A stretch of DNA of 64,000 nt. It comes from Eledone cirrhosa (taxonomy: Eukaryota). How positions within the stretch are numbered: position 1 is the first letter of the stretch; each line of letters begins with the position of its first letter. The DNA is taken from positions 158,410,001 to 158,474,000 of the forward strand of contig OZ024741.1 in the NCBI GenBank assembly GCA_964016885.1, given 5' to 3'. Positions 28,597 through 49,558 of this stretch are shown here, piece by piece. The position numbers were made by a program, and so were the translations under genes. Under the pieces are notes generated by a model. That model saw only the letters and a program-made list of their open reading frames with translations. It did no database searches and had not been told where the DNA came from.

Positions 28597-28712
28597 TCCT
28601 TAAGGGGTATATTCTTTTCTGAAGGTTTTTCAAAAAGTGCCTCTAATTCCCCCATCATCTCAGTAACAACTTTTTTATCTTCATTCTTCTCATAGTCATC
28701 ATCTATCAGAGT
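28597..28712 (-). CDS. DHX8: DHX8 exon 4
   Basis: TLIDDDYEKNEDKKVVTEMMGELEALFEKPSEKNIPLK; polypyrimidine+cag acceptor, gtgagt donor (phase 2). Confidence 0.85.
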
Positions 28713-29597
28713 CTGAAAAAAAACCCCCACAAAACAGAACAAATAAATCAATAAACAGAATATATAAATAAACAATCATCATCATCATATAATGTCTATT
28801 TTCCATGCTTGCATGGGTTAGGTGGGTTGTCACATTTTGAGGATAGACTGGTCTTGCTCATACATTCATTTGGGGCTTGGTTTCTATGCCTAGGTACCCT
28901 TCCCAATACCAAACACTTTACAGCATGCACTGGTACCTTTTTTTCATGACCCCAGCACCTATACAGAGTGGACTGAGTGCTTTTCCTTGAAGCACCAGCA
29001 CTACCACCTTATAGGATGGACTGGATACCTTTTCGTTGTTGTTGCATATAAATCAGAAACCTGTATAAACAAATTATATTTTACTATATTATTTTATGTA
29101 TTTTCATTTCTTATACAAATGTCAGGTTTTGGTCACAAAGTTCAACTGATTCTTAGGTAGTCCCATCGACCACAGGGGGGAGGGGGATGTCAATATTGAC
29201 AACTTTGGGAGCTCTTCAACTATACTCTTCCCCAAATTTGTAGCCTTGAGCCAATATTATAAATATATTTACATACAAATCAATATTACACAGTTCTAAC
29301 TACATCGAATATGTATGGTGAGTATTTCTCCTTTGTTCTGTTATGTTGGCATTTATATATATATAATCTCATGAAATACAATGAATATGTTTCAAATAAT
29401 TTTGAAAATACTAAAAAAATTTAGAAGATTTTAGTGAAATAATTTTTTCATGAGGTTAATGTTAAGATGACAAGGTTCTTAACTAAAATTATAATGGAAA
29501 GCTTTAATTTAAATATGAACACTTCACAGTGGACTGCTTTATTATAGAACACGGGTGCAGTTTCAGATGGTTTGGTATTGAAAAGCTTATTACTTAC

Positions 29598-29762
29598 CCT
29601 GACATTAGGGTTGTTTGGTAGAGCCAGTCCAGGGAACAGCTTTCTCTTCAGTTCTGAATCTGTTGTATTTTCTGAAGATACTGACTTACAAGAACCAGAA
29701 TCTGGTTTAGACTTTGGTTTCATCTTCTGAATTAATCGCAGTAAGTTGGCAATCAACGAATC
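29598..29762 (-). CDS. DHX8: DHX8 exon 3
   Basis: DSLIANLLRLIQKM...LFPGLALPNNPNVR; cag/gtaag boundaries. Confidence 0.93.
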
Positions 29763-30979
29763 CTGAAATATAAGTAAACAATACAATGCAAAAGTTATTT
29801 TTTATAACACCTTTTCCAGGAATCAAACCCACGACTTTATGATCACCATGTAACTTTTAAGGCCACCTTTCCCTTTAACTGCCTCCTTTGGTAAACAACA
29901 TGTAGTTCCTCACTCACTGGAAAGACAATAAAATGTACTCACTCCACACTATAAAGTGGTGGTGTTGGTTCCACAATAAATGCACCCAACCCACTCTGTG
30001 AACTGGAAGTGCTGGTGTGATGATAAAAGCTCCCAGTGGGCCCTGTTTGATAGTAGTGGCAGTACCACAATAAAATGCACCCAGAACATGTCATGAAGTG
30101 GTTGGCATTAGGAAGGGCCTCCAGTCTTAGAAAACATGCCAAAAATGCAATGTACAAGCAAGATGCAGTCATCTGTATTGCCTCGGACCATGACAACCCA
30201 TTTAACCCATGCAAGCATGGAAAATAGATGTTAAATGGTGTTGATGATGAGTCCAACACCATAACCCCTAGGTCATGTGCCTTCACATGTACAATATCCA
30301 CCACATTATTGATGATTCAGGGAATAAACTTTGATTGGGAAAAAGCATGATTGAATGAGAAAAGGAAATGAAATTCATCATTATCACCTTACATTTTTTC
30401 AAAGATTCTGTGACATATAGGAGGGAGGTAGGAACTCATCCTTAAACCAGAGACTGTTCCAAATACTTACAACAGAGTGAGCACTGCTAAAGGTACCTAA
30501 GGACCAGATGGCGGTGTTAAATTGGGCGATGGATTAAGTCTACAACACACTAATAATATTCGCTACTGTTAGATTAGTGATGTGTTGAACTTCAGATACT
30601 GTAAAACATACTGTTAGACTCATAAATCCCATCTTAAGTATTTCATTGAGCCTCATTCATCAGGTCAAAGCTTATTCTGGTTTCATGTTGCATTAATTGA
30701 TTAAAAGTACAAGTACCCCTCCCTGAATGGACTAGAGCAAAGTGACATGATATGCTTTGCTCAGGTACACAATACACCATCATTGACCTTATGATTGTAA
30801 GCTGATTACTTTCACCACCTGACAATGCACCTTCAATAAGGACCACACTAATCTATTAATATTATATAACTTATTAATATAAAGAAAATATTGAAAAAAA
30901 AAGAATTAGCACAATTTACACATTGACCTTTTTGTGACTATATTTCTAGTGAAATACACTATTCAATTAATTGATAAAT

Positions 30980-31170
30980 GAAGAGTTTGGAGGGATTTAC
31001 AAAAAATTATTTATTATTTTATAATTATGATGGTATTTGTAACACAACAAAAAGTTCTTATATGAAATTATGTAGGAAGATTTTAATTTAAATAGGAACC
31101 CTTGAAAAATTGGTGGTTTTGTTTCCTAGAACTAGAGGCAGGTTTGGGTGGTTGATAATGAAAAAGGTTA
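30980..31170. mobile_element. AT-rich MITE-like family ending ...AAAGGGTTAA (copies at ~6200-6380, 14133-14200, 15640-15923, 28010-28256, 29400-29590)
   Basis: Shared ggtggttttgtttc.tagaac.agaggcag...ggtat..aaa.ggttaa. Confidence 0.65.
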
Positions 31171-31190
31171 AACATTTATTTAATACTTAC

Positions 31191-31276
31191 GGAAAATTCT
31201 GCACCATTTTCTTCCAAGACTTTCTTGAATTTATCAAATGTATCATTTTTTTCAGAAAGGGAAATGACAAATTCGG
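31191..31276 (-). CDS. DHX8: DHX8 exon 2
   Basis: acag|CC GAA..., (A)EFVISLSEKNDTFDKFKKVLEENGAEFS, then |gtaag; phase matches exon 1. Confidence 0.93.
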
Positions 31277-33895
31277 CTGTAAAACAAAATGTTAAAAAGA
31301 AACAAATATAATTTCTAAACAATATCAAAGAACAGCTAAATCAAATAAGTGTGTATATTTGTGTACATCAGATATAAAATTAAAAAAATGTAATTTACAG
31401 CTCACACCTGGCTTGCATATCATACAAGGTCTTTTGGGTGTTTTAATGATAAAAGCCCCAGTCATATCATAAAAAATGTGAAATGAAGCATCTTGCTCAA
31501 GAACACAATGTGCTGCCCAGTCTAGGAATTAAACCTATGACTTTATGAATCAAGCACCATCATCACTAAGCCATGTGCCTTCGAGTGTACAATATCCACC
31601 ACACTTTTGATAACTCAAGAAATAAACCAATTTCTCCAAATCCTGATTGGGAGAAAAGGTGACTGAATGAGAGAGAGAAAAAAAAAATTCATTATTATTA
31701 CTTGTATGTCCACTTTTCCATGTTGGTAAGGGTGGGACTGCAGCATAGCAAGGGCTCTTAGTGCCTGCGGGGCCAAGACACTTTTGGTGTCCCCACTTTA
31801 ATCATCAGGCATGATAGGTCATAGAAAATATTGCACCTGTGCACAATTGCCTCTACTCATGCCCACACTCCGGATTAGATGAAACTTCTTGAGGTAGTTT
31901 ATATATGGTTAGATGTCATTCCTGATGCCAATCCATACTTTATAAGTATGGCATATACTACTGCTTATCTTTCTTGAATCACTACATTGTGGGACATATT
32001 GTTTATGCAGGACATAAACATCATGGCTAGTTTCATAGTGATGATATGATGACACAAACAAATTGACATACATATATATCATAGACCCCTTCGGCCATGA
32101 ATGACCATGGGTTTGCACATGGAAAGTTGCCCTTCAAGGCACAAGCTCAGGTAAAATGCTTTGGGAGAAGACCAGCAGTTTCCCCATGCACAACAGTCTC
32201 CCTCTCCATGCCATCAATGTTGTTCAAGAGTAAAGCAAAGGCCAATAAAGCTTGGCACCAGTGACGTTGCAACTCCTTTTTCCTAGCTGAATGAACTGGT
32301 GCAATGACAAAATGAAGTGCCTTGCTCAAGGACACAATCCATTGCCAAGTCTGGGAATCAAACTCACAACTTCATGATTGTGAGCCCAATGCTTTAACCA
32401 CTAAGCTACACACCTTCACACATACACATATATATAATGAGTGTATATAAAAAACATAAACATATCGTATATGTTTTCATATATACAACTTTATAATCGT
32501 GAGCTGTACACTGTAATCACTAAAGCATGTGCCTTCACCACACAGATGTATAAACATACATGTAAAAAAATACACGATAGGCTTCTCCCAGATTTCCATC
32601 AATTAAATTCACTTAGGTATTGATTGTCATGAGGTTATAGAAAACACTTGTCTCAAGTGCCTCACAGAAGAATGAAACCTGAAACCACATAGATGTAAAG
32701 CGAACTAAAGTCATGCCAGCACCTACAAACAGATCCTTTGTTAAAGACACCCGACGCTTTAGTGATTTTCACAATTTTCTTCCATGTTTCACAAGTATAT
32801 ACTATTATTGGTAGTAAATTTGTATTGTACTTTATCAAGTGTGTTCATAGAGTTGTGTCCCACACTGTCAGAATATTAACTTAACTACTCGATAAAGAGA
32901 TCGATAAAATATCTACCATACTGAAATAAGTAATAGGCTCAAAATGACCAACGAGAACACTTGACGACGGTGTCCCAGCATGGTCACAGTTCAGTGATCG
33001 ACTGAAAGTAGTAAAAAAGGAAAAGCAAAGGAGCCTCGCGTTAGATCGGATCAAGGATACTATGGTAAACAGTCAATATATATACATATATAGACACACA
33101 CATATTAGTGGAAGTAGAGGATCAACCGGGAGTTCAGCTAGTTACTTAGAGGTAACTATTCGAAACCGCTGCATCACACTTTGTATCGAGTACTTCTTTG
33201 ATTTATGGTCTAGTGTTCGAAACGTTAAGACTCTCTTCCTGCTATTTCAATCATTAAACTAATATATTTCTTCCATATACTCTGTCCTTTGTTTTGTTAT
33301 TACTTCTACACATATATATATATGGTGTGTGTGTGTGTGTACGTATATATATATATATATATGTGGATGTGCAGTGATACACACATACATATAATGCAAA
33401 ATGTCCTTTTTTTTCAAATGCGAGAAGACAAACAATCGTTTGAATACATTTTTATTTTATAGCTTATTTCAGTTAATAATAGTCGAAAAAAGCGTAAACA
33501 TCAACACTATCACATTTACGTTCACCTGAGACTATAATAAATGATGGCGTCATCCATATCTCATGCCACTTCGCTGCATTATCCTATCCAACTGTATTGT
33601 GTATATGTTTGTATATATGTATACACACACATATATATGTGTGTGTATGTATATATAAATTGAAAGGGACATGAGTATGTTTACAGACATGAACATGATG
33701 TTTATGCCCTGTTTATGACACGTTCAAAGATTCTATTACGTCTGTAGTCGAATTTGATATACAATGTCGATCGGATATCAGATATAGGAAGATATAAGAG
33801 AATATAAATATATTAATCAATTAAAAAAAAATTAATTGTGTGTGTGTTTTTTTGTTGTTGTTGTTGTTGATCATCTCTCCGAAGACTTTACTTAC

Positions 33896-33989
33896 CAAGA
33901 TCCTTGTCATTTAGTCCTAAGTGGTTATCCAATTCTGTACAAACTTTAGAGACTAAAGACAGATATTCAAGTTTCTGGAGTTCATTCAT
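33896..33989 (-). CDS. DHX8: DHX8/PRP22 coding exon 1 (start codon)
   Basis: Translates [31 protein letters not shown], the conserved DHX8 N-terminus; ends G|GTAAG (phase 1). Confidence 0.95.
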
Positions 33990-34174
33990 CTTAATCGACA
34001 ATCAAAATGATTATTAGTATTGCTATTAATATTCAATAAAAAATATATTCTCAAGGTTTAAATAATTCCTTCCCAAAATAAATTTCATATCAGGAAATAG
34101 TTCCCAGAATGCAGTAGCGGTGTAATGGGAAAAAGAATGTCTGTCCTAAATTGTTACTATTTTCACGTTGAATA

Positions 34175-34195
34175 AATAAATCTTCCGGATATTTT
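34175..34195 (-). promoter_or_regulatory. Possible ETS site (CCGGAAG) in the DHX8 proximal promoter
   Basis: cttccgg about 190 bp upstream of the ATG; a short motif, so weak evidence. Confidence 0.25.
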
Positions 34196-34599
34196 ACACA
34201 CTGGCTAAAGAATAGATCAAAAAGGATATTACTTTTTCCATGGGAAAATGTAGAAACAAACAAAGACTCAGCACAGTTAGCAGATTATTAATAATAATTA
34301 GAACATACACACAACTTAGCACGTATTAATCTTATTTCCTTTGCTCGTGAGAGTTATCTCTCTTGTTTGCTGGAGTTATCTCCCTCATGTTGCTTTTAAT
34401 AAATATTCATTTATTCTGGCTAAAGGAGGTTTCTTTTTTCTATTAATTGCGGGAATAATCTAATTCAGTGCTTTTCAAAGTGGGTGCTATAGTTTTTCAG
34501 GAGTTCTCAAAACAGTAAGACTATTTTAAGAGAGAGAAAGAGATCTGCTACCAGTATTAGCAGCAAGGCCAGGGTGGGTGGGGAAAAGGGAGTGAATGA

Positions 34600-34850
34600 T
34601 ACAAAGTATTCAATCAAGGCGATTCATAGTGGTCGTGTTATGTTCATTAATAAGTGTTGTGGACCTATAGCGGTGGAAACTTCGGACGTTCTTGGTCGCT
34701 GTACAGCCTCCCTACTCACTGCTATCGGGGCGGAGTTGGCCACTAGAAGGGGTGGGCCCCGCAAATTAGAATAGCTTTTTCAACGCGTCTCCCTTGCTAT
34801 CCTCCGCTGGCACAATGAGACGCTCTGTGCCTGGGGTACTGCACCCCGGA
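34600..34850 (+). mobile_element. Fragment of a restriction-like endonuclease domain of a CRE-type non-LTR element
   Basis: PIAVETSDVLG...IGAEL...GGPRKLE*LFQRVSLAILR resembles the RLE C-terminus. Confidence 0.55.
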
Positions 34851-35429
34851 AAGTGTTCTCCTACACCGTTCAGACTTATATTACTGGGGTAATGATGTTA
34901 TAGGTAGCTGATATCTATAATATCTGTCAACACACACGCGCGTGCACGTCAGTAATACTTTCCAAATTAATTTTCTCTTGTGTCTGGTGCTTTTACTATA
35001 TTTTACGACTAACTTCACACACAAAAGAAAGAGAAAATGCCTCATTCCCTTTAAAAAGGAGCAGAAATAGACCAAAGATAAATAGTGTTTTGAAATATGT
35101 GAGAAAGAAAAAGAAAGAAGTAAAGAACGAGCGGAGCGGCGAACAAAAGATGAATGGTAGTAACCAAGTCAAATAGCTAAGGTTTCGTGATTGACCTGGA
35201 GACATCTGCTGAGTGATATCATAACTTTATTTTAAAATAAAAGAAAGAAATCAGCAATCCACCAACGTTCGCATATTTTTAAAAAAAAAGCGAAAAAATG
35301 GGGAGAGAAAAAAAAAAGAAATAACGCTCCTTACTGTTACCTCCCTGTTCATTATTTTTATCAACCGGGCTGGAAACGATATCAAGACTGGATCCGCCGG
35401 CAGGAATTTGCAAATTACATATGGTATTA

Positions 35430-36147
35430 CTTAACTCATCAAAAGGTGATTTCCAACATGCAATCGATAGTTTTGCTGCTGAGTGCTGCATGGCGGGAAC
35501 CAAAATGAATGCTGAGATGATTGAGACACCGCTCCTCTCAAGGAGGCCTACGCACGTGAGTGAAGATCTATTGGAACAGGTGGAGAAATTCAAACATTTC
35601 GAGACCATGTTCACGAGATATGGAAAGCAAGAGACTGAATAAAGTGGAAGAATTGCAGGAGCTGGTGCGTAATGCACAAGAATATGATTTCGAATACAAG
35701 CATCCGAAATAGGATTCCTCCGAAGTGTCTTTGGAGTAACGTTACTCGATAGAGTGCGCAATTCAGAGACCAGTGTGTCGCTCCAATTAGAACCGCTACT
35801 TCTCCGAACTGAGAGGACTTAGCCATGGTACTACGGACATGTGGTCAGAATGTTTAAGGTAAGAATCGCTGGACAGATATTACGGGCAAAACCAACCCAC
35901 AGGAAACCCAAGGGAAGACCCCGAATGAAATGGCTGGATAACATCCATAACCTCGGTTTGTCTCGTTTGAGGATCCAGCTGAATCAGTTGGAGGCAGGAT
36001 CCGCTGGAAAGCCTGCTTGGGGACTCTGTTCCCACGGTCATCCCAGGAAGAAGAAGAAGAAGAAGAAGAAGAAGAAGAAGAAGAAGAAGAAGAAGAAGAA
36101 GAAGAAGAAGAAGAAGAAGAAGAAGAAGAAGAAGAAGAAGAAGAAGA
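35430..36147 (+). mobile_element. Degenerate RTE-type LINE 3' fragment with (GAA)n tail
   Basis: WYYGHVVRM...KPKGRPRMKWLD; same family as 61828-62557. Confidence 0.75.
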
Positions 36148-36399
36148 GGCGGCATTGCCAAGGAGAATAACCAACGACACCCATTGCATCATCCACTCTG
36201 TCTCACAGAATTCCTCTCTCAAGCGGGATGGACTAGTTCCGATTTTGCGGAGGAAAATCTCATTTTGCGAGGATATAAGCCAAAACGGCTAAGAAAGGTC
36301 GGCTTTAACTTATTGACTGCTCCATTATTGTTGAGCTTATTTAGACGGTTTTGGCTGCTGTTTCCAGCGTCAATATAAGCCTCTCGTATTGTGCTAATG

Positions 36400-37019
36400 C
36401 AGTGGTCGGCAAACTTTTGAGGTATGCGGGCCACATAGTTATTCTGTATCCCGTCGGCTGCTCTGTCCAGAAGGCTACCTTAATCCCGGGATTTAAAGAA
36501 GAATAATGATTTTTATGTGATATTACTTAAATGACATTCCTTACTACAAATAAAATACAGGCAGAAATGGTAAATTGTTTAATGAGAAATTTGTTTTTGC
36601 CAGTCGTTGGATAGCTTCTCTACATCAGGCGAAATATTTGTTGAGGACAGGAGTAGATCATTGTCCAGATAGTCATCACGCAGCCTTGTTCTTAAATGAT
36701 CTTTGGTATATTTCATTTTGGAAAAAATTTGTTCACAGGTATACGTACTGCCAAATACTGATACTAGCACACAGTCCCTTGGCCCCGTCGTCTGACTATT
36801 CTATCTGTCTGAGTTTGATTGTTACTGTCACGCAAAAAATTACATTCAGCTAAATCAGTCTTGTGGCTAGATGCGTTCACTAGTCGGTATTCTAATCCAA
36901 ACTAATCCAGAGCACTTTTTCAGGGTTCGTTTAGCCTAAGATTGAAACCTGTTGGCAAGCCGGACAAAAATCCTTCGCGTGCCGATCGTAGCCCGCGGGA
37001 CGGCTATTGCCGACCCATG
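36400..37019 (-). mobile_element. Internally deleted hAT (Buster/Charlie/GTF2IRD2-type) DNA transposon
   Basis: TIRs CAGTGGTCGGCAA / TTGCCGACCCATG; ORF 36579-36770 FGSTYTCEQIFSKM...QKQISH is a transposase C-terminus; degenerate nnnTAnnn target duplication (tgctaatg/tcctaaaa). Confidence 0.85.
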
Positions 37020-37458
37020 TCCTAAAACATTAAGTAGGAAATATTCATACAGTAATTCAGCGTTACAACACGTTGCTTCACCATACGGTCTACTAATGGC
37101 ATGGTATGTATGATATATATTCAACTTTTCCTTTGGGGTGGAATATATCCATATAGTAATTCAGCGATACAACATCTTGTTCACCATACAATATTGCAAC
37201 GAAATGGTATGTATGATTTATTTTCAACTTGTCCCCTTATTACTAAGAAGAATTCACCTTCGATGAAGGAACTGAAATTCTTCCAGTATCGGTTATTCCA
37301 ATGTCTTGGAGTTCCTGATGTTGTATCTAGAGTTCCAGAAACCACGGCCAGGGTATTATATAAGTTAAAGCAGACATATATGTATATATAAATATAAATT
37401 CAGCGAGAATCGCATTTCGGCGGGTAGAAAAAGCGAAACGTAACGCAAATTCCGAGTC

Positions 37459-43790
<6,332 letters not shown>

Positions 43791-43824
43791 ATATAATAAC
43801 TTGTGTGTTACACCTCTATTCTTT

Positions 43825-44001
<177 letters not shown>

Positions 44002-44040
44002 AGGTACAGACCTCCTTCGGTCACGAATGACCATGGGATT

Positions 44041-47000
44041 TGTACCGGCCCCTTACGGCTGTGACTCAGCACGTATAGCAGTTGCGTCCCTTTACGACGG
44101 TCGTGGCTCAGCACGTATAGGAGTTGCGTCCCTTTACGACGGTCACGACTCCCAGTGGCAGATACGCATAGGAGTTGCGTCCCTTTGTGACGGTCGCGAC
44201 TCCCTGTGGCAGATCAACGTACTAAATGGAGTTGCGTCCCCCTGGGGACTATATATTTGAGGACAATCAAGGCATAACTCTCTCTCGCATCCTGAACTTT
44301 GAAGGACACTCCAGTCTGGGAGTTGTGACCAACTGAACATCAACATGTGGTAACAATTATTTGTATTAATTTATTTGACTTCTGTGAAGTAAAACCATGT
44401 CACAACACTCACCTGCATTTATTGTCATTCTTGATAATATATATATACACTGATACAAGTATCCTAAATTGGTGACCTGACGTTTTAAAAAAAAAAAAAA
44501 TAAATAAATAATGGGAAATGGTACCATGTGTATATAAAAAAAAAAGAGAAGAAAAAAAAACATTTAATACAGAACAACACACTTGATTCTGATATAGCTG
44601 TATTGACTGAGCTAAACATATTTCGCTGTAACACTTAACATCAAACTCTTCATATGTGCAAAACGAACACCCAAAGTTATTTACACACAAACAAACAGCA
44701 ATTGTATGAATGTTTTTTTCTTTTTTTTTTCTCCTTTTCTTCTTTTCTCTGGCTAACATTTTTGAGGATGACAAGATGGCGGCTTTCTTCTCCATCAATA
44801 GTGTTTTTGCGAAATAGTCAGCCATGTTGGTTTTAGTTTTAAGTTCCCTGCCTATACCTTATTAATGACATCGCTCGGTTAGTCGCTCCTTTACATGTTG
44901 TCTCGGGTGCATTCTTTTTCCTGTCCAGTTATTTGACAGAGAAAAATAAGCGATTTTGTTTTCCTTTTCTGTTGTGTTGGAGACATTTTTCCAAACGGAG
45001 ACAATTTTGTTTTTGGCAGATTACCTACGGTATACCAATGGCATCTCTTTCTGTTCTACCTGCGTACACAGGCGACGTAAGGTTATGTTTCGCCCAAGTC
45101 GAAGCATTTTTCGAGGCGAACAGAATTGACGAGGCACAACAACGTCCTCTGGTCCTTAGTGCAATTCCGCCGGCACTTATCCCAGCGATTAAGGACCTGG
45201 TGTTAGAGACACCCACCGACGCGACGTACAAGTCTCTGAATGCTGAAATACGCAGCCGGACTGCACAGTCTGCATAAAAAAAATTTAGGGCTCTGGTCCA
45301 TCTGGAGCATATCGGTGATGGCACCCCATCGAACCTCCTAAGGCGAATGAAGGACCTAACGGAGGGGTCGGTAGCAGAAACTGCCATGTTGAAGCAGTTG
45401 TTCTTCTCGCGCCTACCGACCAACGTACAGGCAATTTTAGCCCCCATTAGGGATACTTGCACAGTGGATCAGCTTGCCGCCTCCGCGGACAAAGTTTTCG
45501 AAGTCACGGGTGTTGGAGGCAGCGAAGCCCTTGCCGCTGTTTCCCAACCAACTTAGACCACACCTGGCCACGCCATCTGCGCGGCAGCTCCTATAGAGAG
45601 CTCAGCTATTATGGCGATGCAGAAGGCCATTCAGGAACTCACCCTGGAGCTCCAGAAGATGAAGGCCTGGTGTGCTGCCCGTTCGCGCCCCCGCAGCCGC
45701 GGGAGATCTCAATCTTTTAGACGCCGGTCTAAGACTCCAGCTTCATCTTTATGCTGGTACCACGAGCGATTTGCCGAGAGCGCGAACCACTGCGTGCAAC
45801 CTTGCTCGTTTCATAAGCCGGGAAACGCCTAAGACGTCCGCTGATGGGGGCAGTTGACCTCAACATAAAGCCACCAAACTGCCATTTCTTCATTAAGGAC
45901 CTTATGTCGGGAAGAGGTTTCCTCGTGGATACAGGAGCCTCCTGTAGTATTTGGCCGGTCCATTGCCTGAAAGATACCCCCATAAAGTCATCCGTTACTC
46001 TGCAGGCAGTTAATCACTCGTCTATAAAGACGTACGGGCAAATCTCGCTTCCTCTCAAATTCCTAAATCTTCGTAGGGATTTTAAGTGGATTTTTACGGT
46101 TGCCGATTTGCCATACCCTATCTTAGGAGCGGATTTCCTCCACAACTTCTCTTTGAATGTGGACATTCGTGGCCAATGCCTGGTGGATGACATCACCGGT
46201 TTCTCAATTCGTGGCCGGAAAGCCAATGCTCCAACAGTCAGCCCCAAATTCTTCATCGCTGCCGCTGGAGACGCCTACCATTCATTGTTATTTCCGATGG
46301 AAATTTTCGAGTCACTGAGCCAACACACTCAACTGAACATTTCATTTCCACCACCGGTGCTCCAGTGTTTTCGCGTCCACGCCGCTTACCGGCGGACAAA
46401 TTAAAGGCAGCACGGTCTGAGTTCGACCATATGCTGCAGCTGGGCATTATTCGCCCATCTATGAGGCCTTGGGCTTCACCGTTACACATGGTGCCCAAGA
46501 CTTCCGGCGACTGGAGACCCACTGGGGATTATAGGAGGTTAAATGCCATGACCGGCCCGGATAGGTATCTCATTCCCCATCTCCATGATTTCGCATCTTC
46601 ATTGCAGGGGTGTAAGATTTTCTCAAAACTAGATTTAGTGCGAGCCTACCACCAAATTCAGGTCAGGAAGGAGGATATTCCGAAAACGGCGATTACAACT
46701 CCTTTCGGATCCTTCGAATTTTTTACCATGCCTTTCGGACTCAGGAACGCCGCTAGCACTTTTCAGCGGTTCATAGACGAAGTCACTCGTGGTCTGGACT
46801 TCGTTTATGCTTACATAGACGATATTCTCGACGCTAGTTCCTCTCTGGAAGAGCATATGCGCCACATGCATCTCTTATTTCGGCGACTTCAGGATTATCG
46901 CGTTCGTGTGAATCCCGCAAAGTGTGTTTTCGGTTCCACTTCGCTAAATTTTTTAGGCCACCTCATCGACGCCGAAGGTATTAGGCCGCTCCCTCAGCGA

Positions 47001-49558
47001 GTTCAAGCCATACAGGATTTACCTCCGCCTACTACACTTCACCAGTTGCGTCACTTCTTAGGCCTAATCAATTTCTATAGGCGTTTCGTTCCTCATTGTG
47101 GTAATTTGCTATCTTCCCTTACTGACATTTTGAAAAATCGTCGTAAGAAGAATGACGATATTTCCTTGACACAAGGACAGCTTTAAGACTTCCAGACTGC
47201 CAAGACAGCACTCACTAGTTCATCTTTGCTAGCCCACCCGGTACCAGAGGCCAAGCTTTCGCTTTGTGTTGATGCATCTGATACCGCTGTGGGAGCAGTT
47301 TTACAGCAGTACAACGCTGGAAACCAACAACCTTTGGCATTTTTCTCAAGGAAGCTGAAACCATCAGAAACGCGTTACAGTACGTTTCGGCGGGAATTAT
47401 TAGCCATATATCTGTCGGTGAAACATTTCTCTCATATTCTTGAGGGGAGAAATGTTACTGTTTTAACCGACCACAAACCTCTGACCTTCGCTTTGAGGGC
47501 TAAAGCCGACAGATATTCGCCCAGAGAGACAAGGCACCTGGATTACGTTTCGCAACTTACAAATGATATCCAACACATAGCTGCAGACGCATTGTCACGT
47601 TTGCCAATCAGCTTCCTCTCGTCATCCCAGGAGATCGACTTAGGTCGTTTAGCTGCAGACCAACCTGCACTCCAATCGTTGGATACTCTTCCTGCCGAAT
47701 TTTCAACTTGCATCTTCAAATATCTGCCCTTGTCGACCACCGACAGGCAGGTTCTATGTGATGTATCTATGGATTCACCACGACCATTTGTTCCTGAGAC
47801 TCACCGTCGAATTGTGTTCCTTGCTTTGCACAGCATTTCTCACCCAGGAATTTCTGCCACAATAAAGCTTATAACAGCTAGATTTTTCTGGCCCAATATG
47901 AGGCGAGAAATTACTGTCTGGTGCCGTTCCTGCACACAGTGTCAGAGAGATCTAAATCCACAGACATATCCGGACTCCACTTGGTACTTTCAGTACTCCA
48001 GATGCTCGGTTTCAACACATCCACATTGATATCGTTGGACCTTGGCCATTCAGCAGTGGATATTCGTACCTCTTGACCTGTATCGATCGTTTTTCGCGAT
48101 GGCCTGAAGCGATCCCCTTAAAAGATATTACTGCTGAGACTGTAGCGCGTGCCCTGGTATCAGGGTGGATTACCCGCTTTGGGGTACCAACTACAGTCAC
48201 CACAGACCGTGGTAGACAATTTGAGTCTCATCTCTTCTCTGAGCTCACAAAGATCATTGGAGCTCAACGGATTCGGACCACAGCTTATCATCCTGCTTCA
48301 AACGGAATGGTGGAGCGTTTTCACCGCCAATTAAAGGTCGCTCTTCGTGCCTATCCAGACTCTCAACGTTGGAGCGAGTACCTTCCTATTGTGTTGTTAG
48401 GAATTAGGTCATCAATAAAGGAGGACCTTGGGTTCTCACCAGCCGAATTACTGTATGGTGCTCCTCTAGCGTTGCCTGGGCAAATTCTTGCCCCTGTTGA
48501 TCTTGCTTTCCAGGACCCTGTTTCCCACGTATCTCGTTTGCGCTCCTATTTTCAGGACTTACCGCCCATGAATATTAGGAAACAAACTATTAAAGCTGCA
48601 GTCCCGAGGGATATTGCCTCGTGGACACATGTATTCGTCAGAAACGATGCGGTTACTCCACTCCTCACACACCCGTACTCTGGACCCTACCGTGTGTTAT
48701 CACGTACTGACAAACATTTCACTGTAGACATTAAGGGGTCCAGAGAGACAATTTCGGTGGATAGACTAAAAAGGGCATACAATGACGCTCATACACCCGA
48801 GCCACAAATACCCCAATCTTTCTCTCTTTTGCATACACCTGCTCCTTCTGTCCCACCTTCACCTACATACAATACCACGACCCGTTCCGTTCGAAGAGTC
48901 CACTGGCCCAAAAAACTCTGCCAAACTGTTTTCATGTGAACTGGCCACTGGAGCATTTTTTTTTTTGTTTTTCTCTTTATTGTATTACCATGTACCTTTT
49001 CGTTACCATTTCATGCCTGATTTATACATGTACCTTTTCGTTACCATTTCATGCCTGTGCTGGGAGCCCATGCTTGTGGGTTCGCTACAGTTACCTTCGG
49101 GCTTTTCGCCTAGCGTCTGGAGGCGGGTACTGTAGCGGCACCTTACGGCTGTGACTCAGCACGTATAGGAGTTGCGTCTCTTTACGACGGTCGTGACTCA
49201 GCACGTATAGGAGTTGCGTCCCTTTACGACGGTCGCGACTCCCAGTGGCAGATACGTATAGGAGTTGCGTCCCTTTGTGACGGTCGCGACTCCCTGTGGC
49301 AGATCAATGTACTAAATGGAGTTGCGTCCCCCTGGGGACTATATATTTGAGGACAATCAAGGCATAACTCTCTCTCGCATCCTGAACTTTGAAGGACACT
49401 CCAGTCTGGGAGTTGTGACCAACTGAACATCAACATGTGGTAACAATTATTTATATCAATTTATTTGACTTCTGTGAAGTAAAACCATGTCACAACACTC
49501 ACCTGCATTTATTGTCATTCTTGATAATATATATATACACTGATACCAATATCCTAAA
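44041..49558 (+). mobile_element. Full-length, degenerate Ty3/Gypsy LTR retrotransposon
   Basis: LTRs 44041-44468 and 49131-49558; PBS TGGTGACC.GACG at 44470 (tRNA-Trp-like); PPT ggaggcggg; TSD GATT; domain order gag-PR-RT-RH-INT. Confidence 0.95.
45038..48939 (+). pseudogene. Gypsy gag-pol with stops and frameshifts
   Basis: gag CWYH...C...C; protease FLVDTGAS; RT LDLVRAY/YIDD; RNase H DAS...TDHKPL; integrase TTDRGRQF...NGMVERFH. Confidence 0.93.

Noticed and set aside
30500-30645. Imperfect intronic hairpin as miRNA or snoRNA
   Set aside because: Pairing is loose, with no recognisable box motifs or known mature sequence; cannot be supported
35841-36292. Poly-K/E/S/L ORFs (also 62256-62774)
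   Set aside because: Products of (GAA)n retroelement tails
36579-36770. Host GTF2IRD2/ZBED-like gene
   Set aside because: Only a C-terminal fragment lying between TIRs; a transposon remnant
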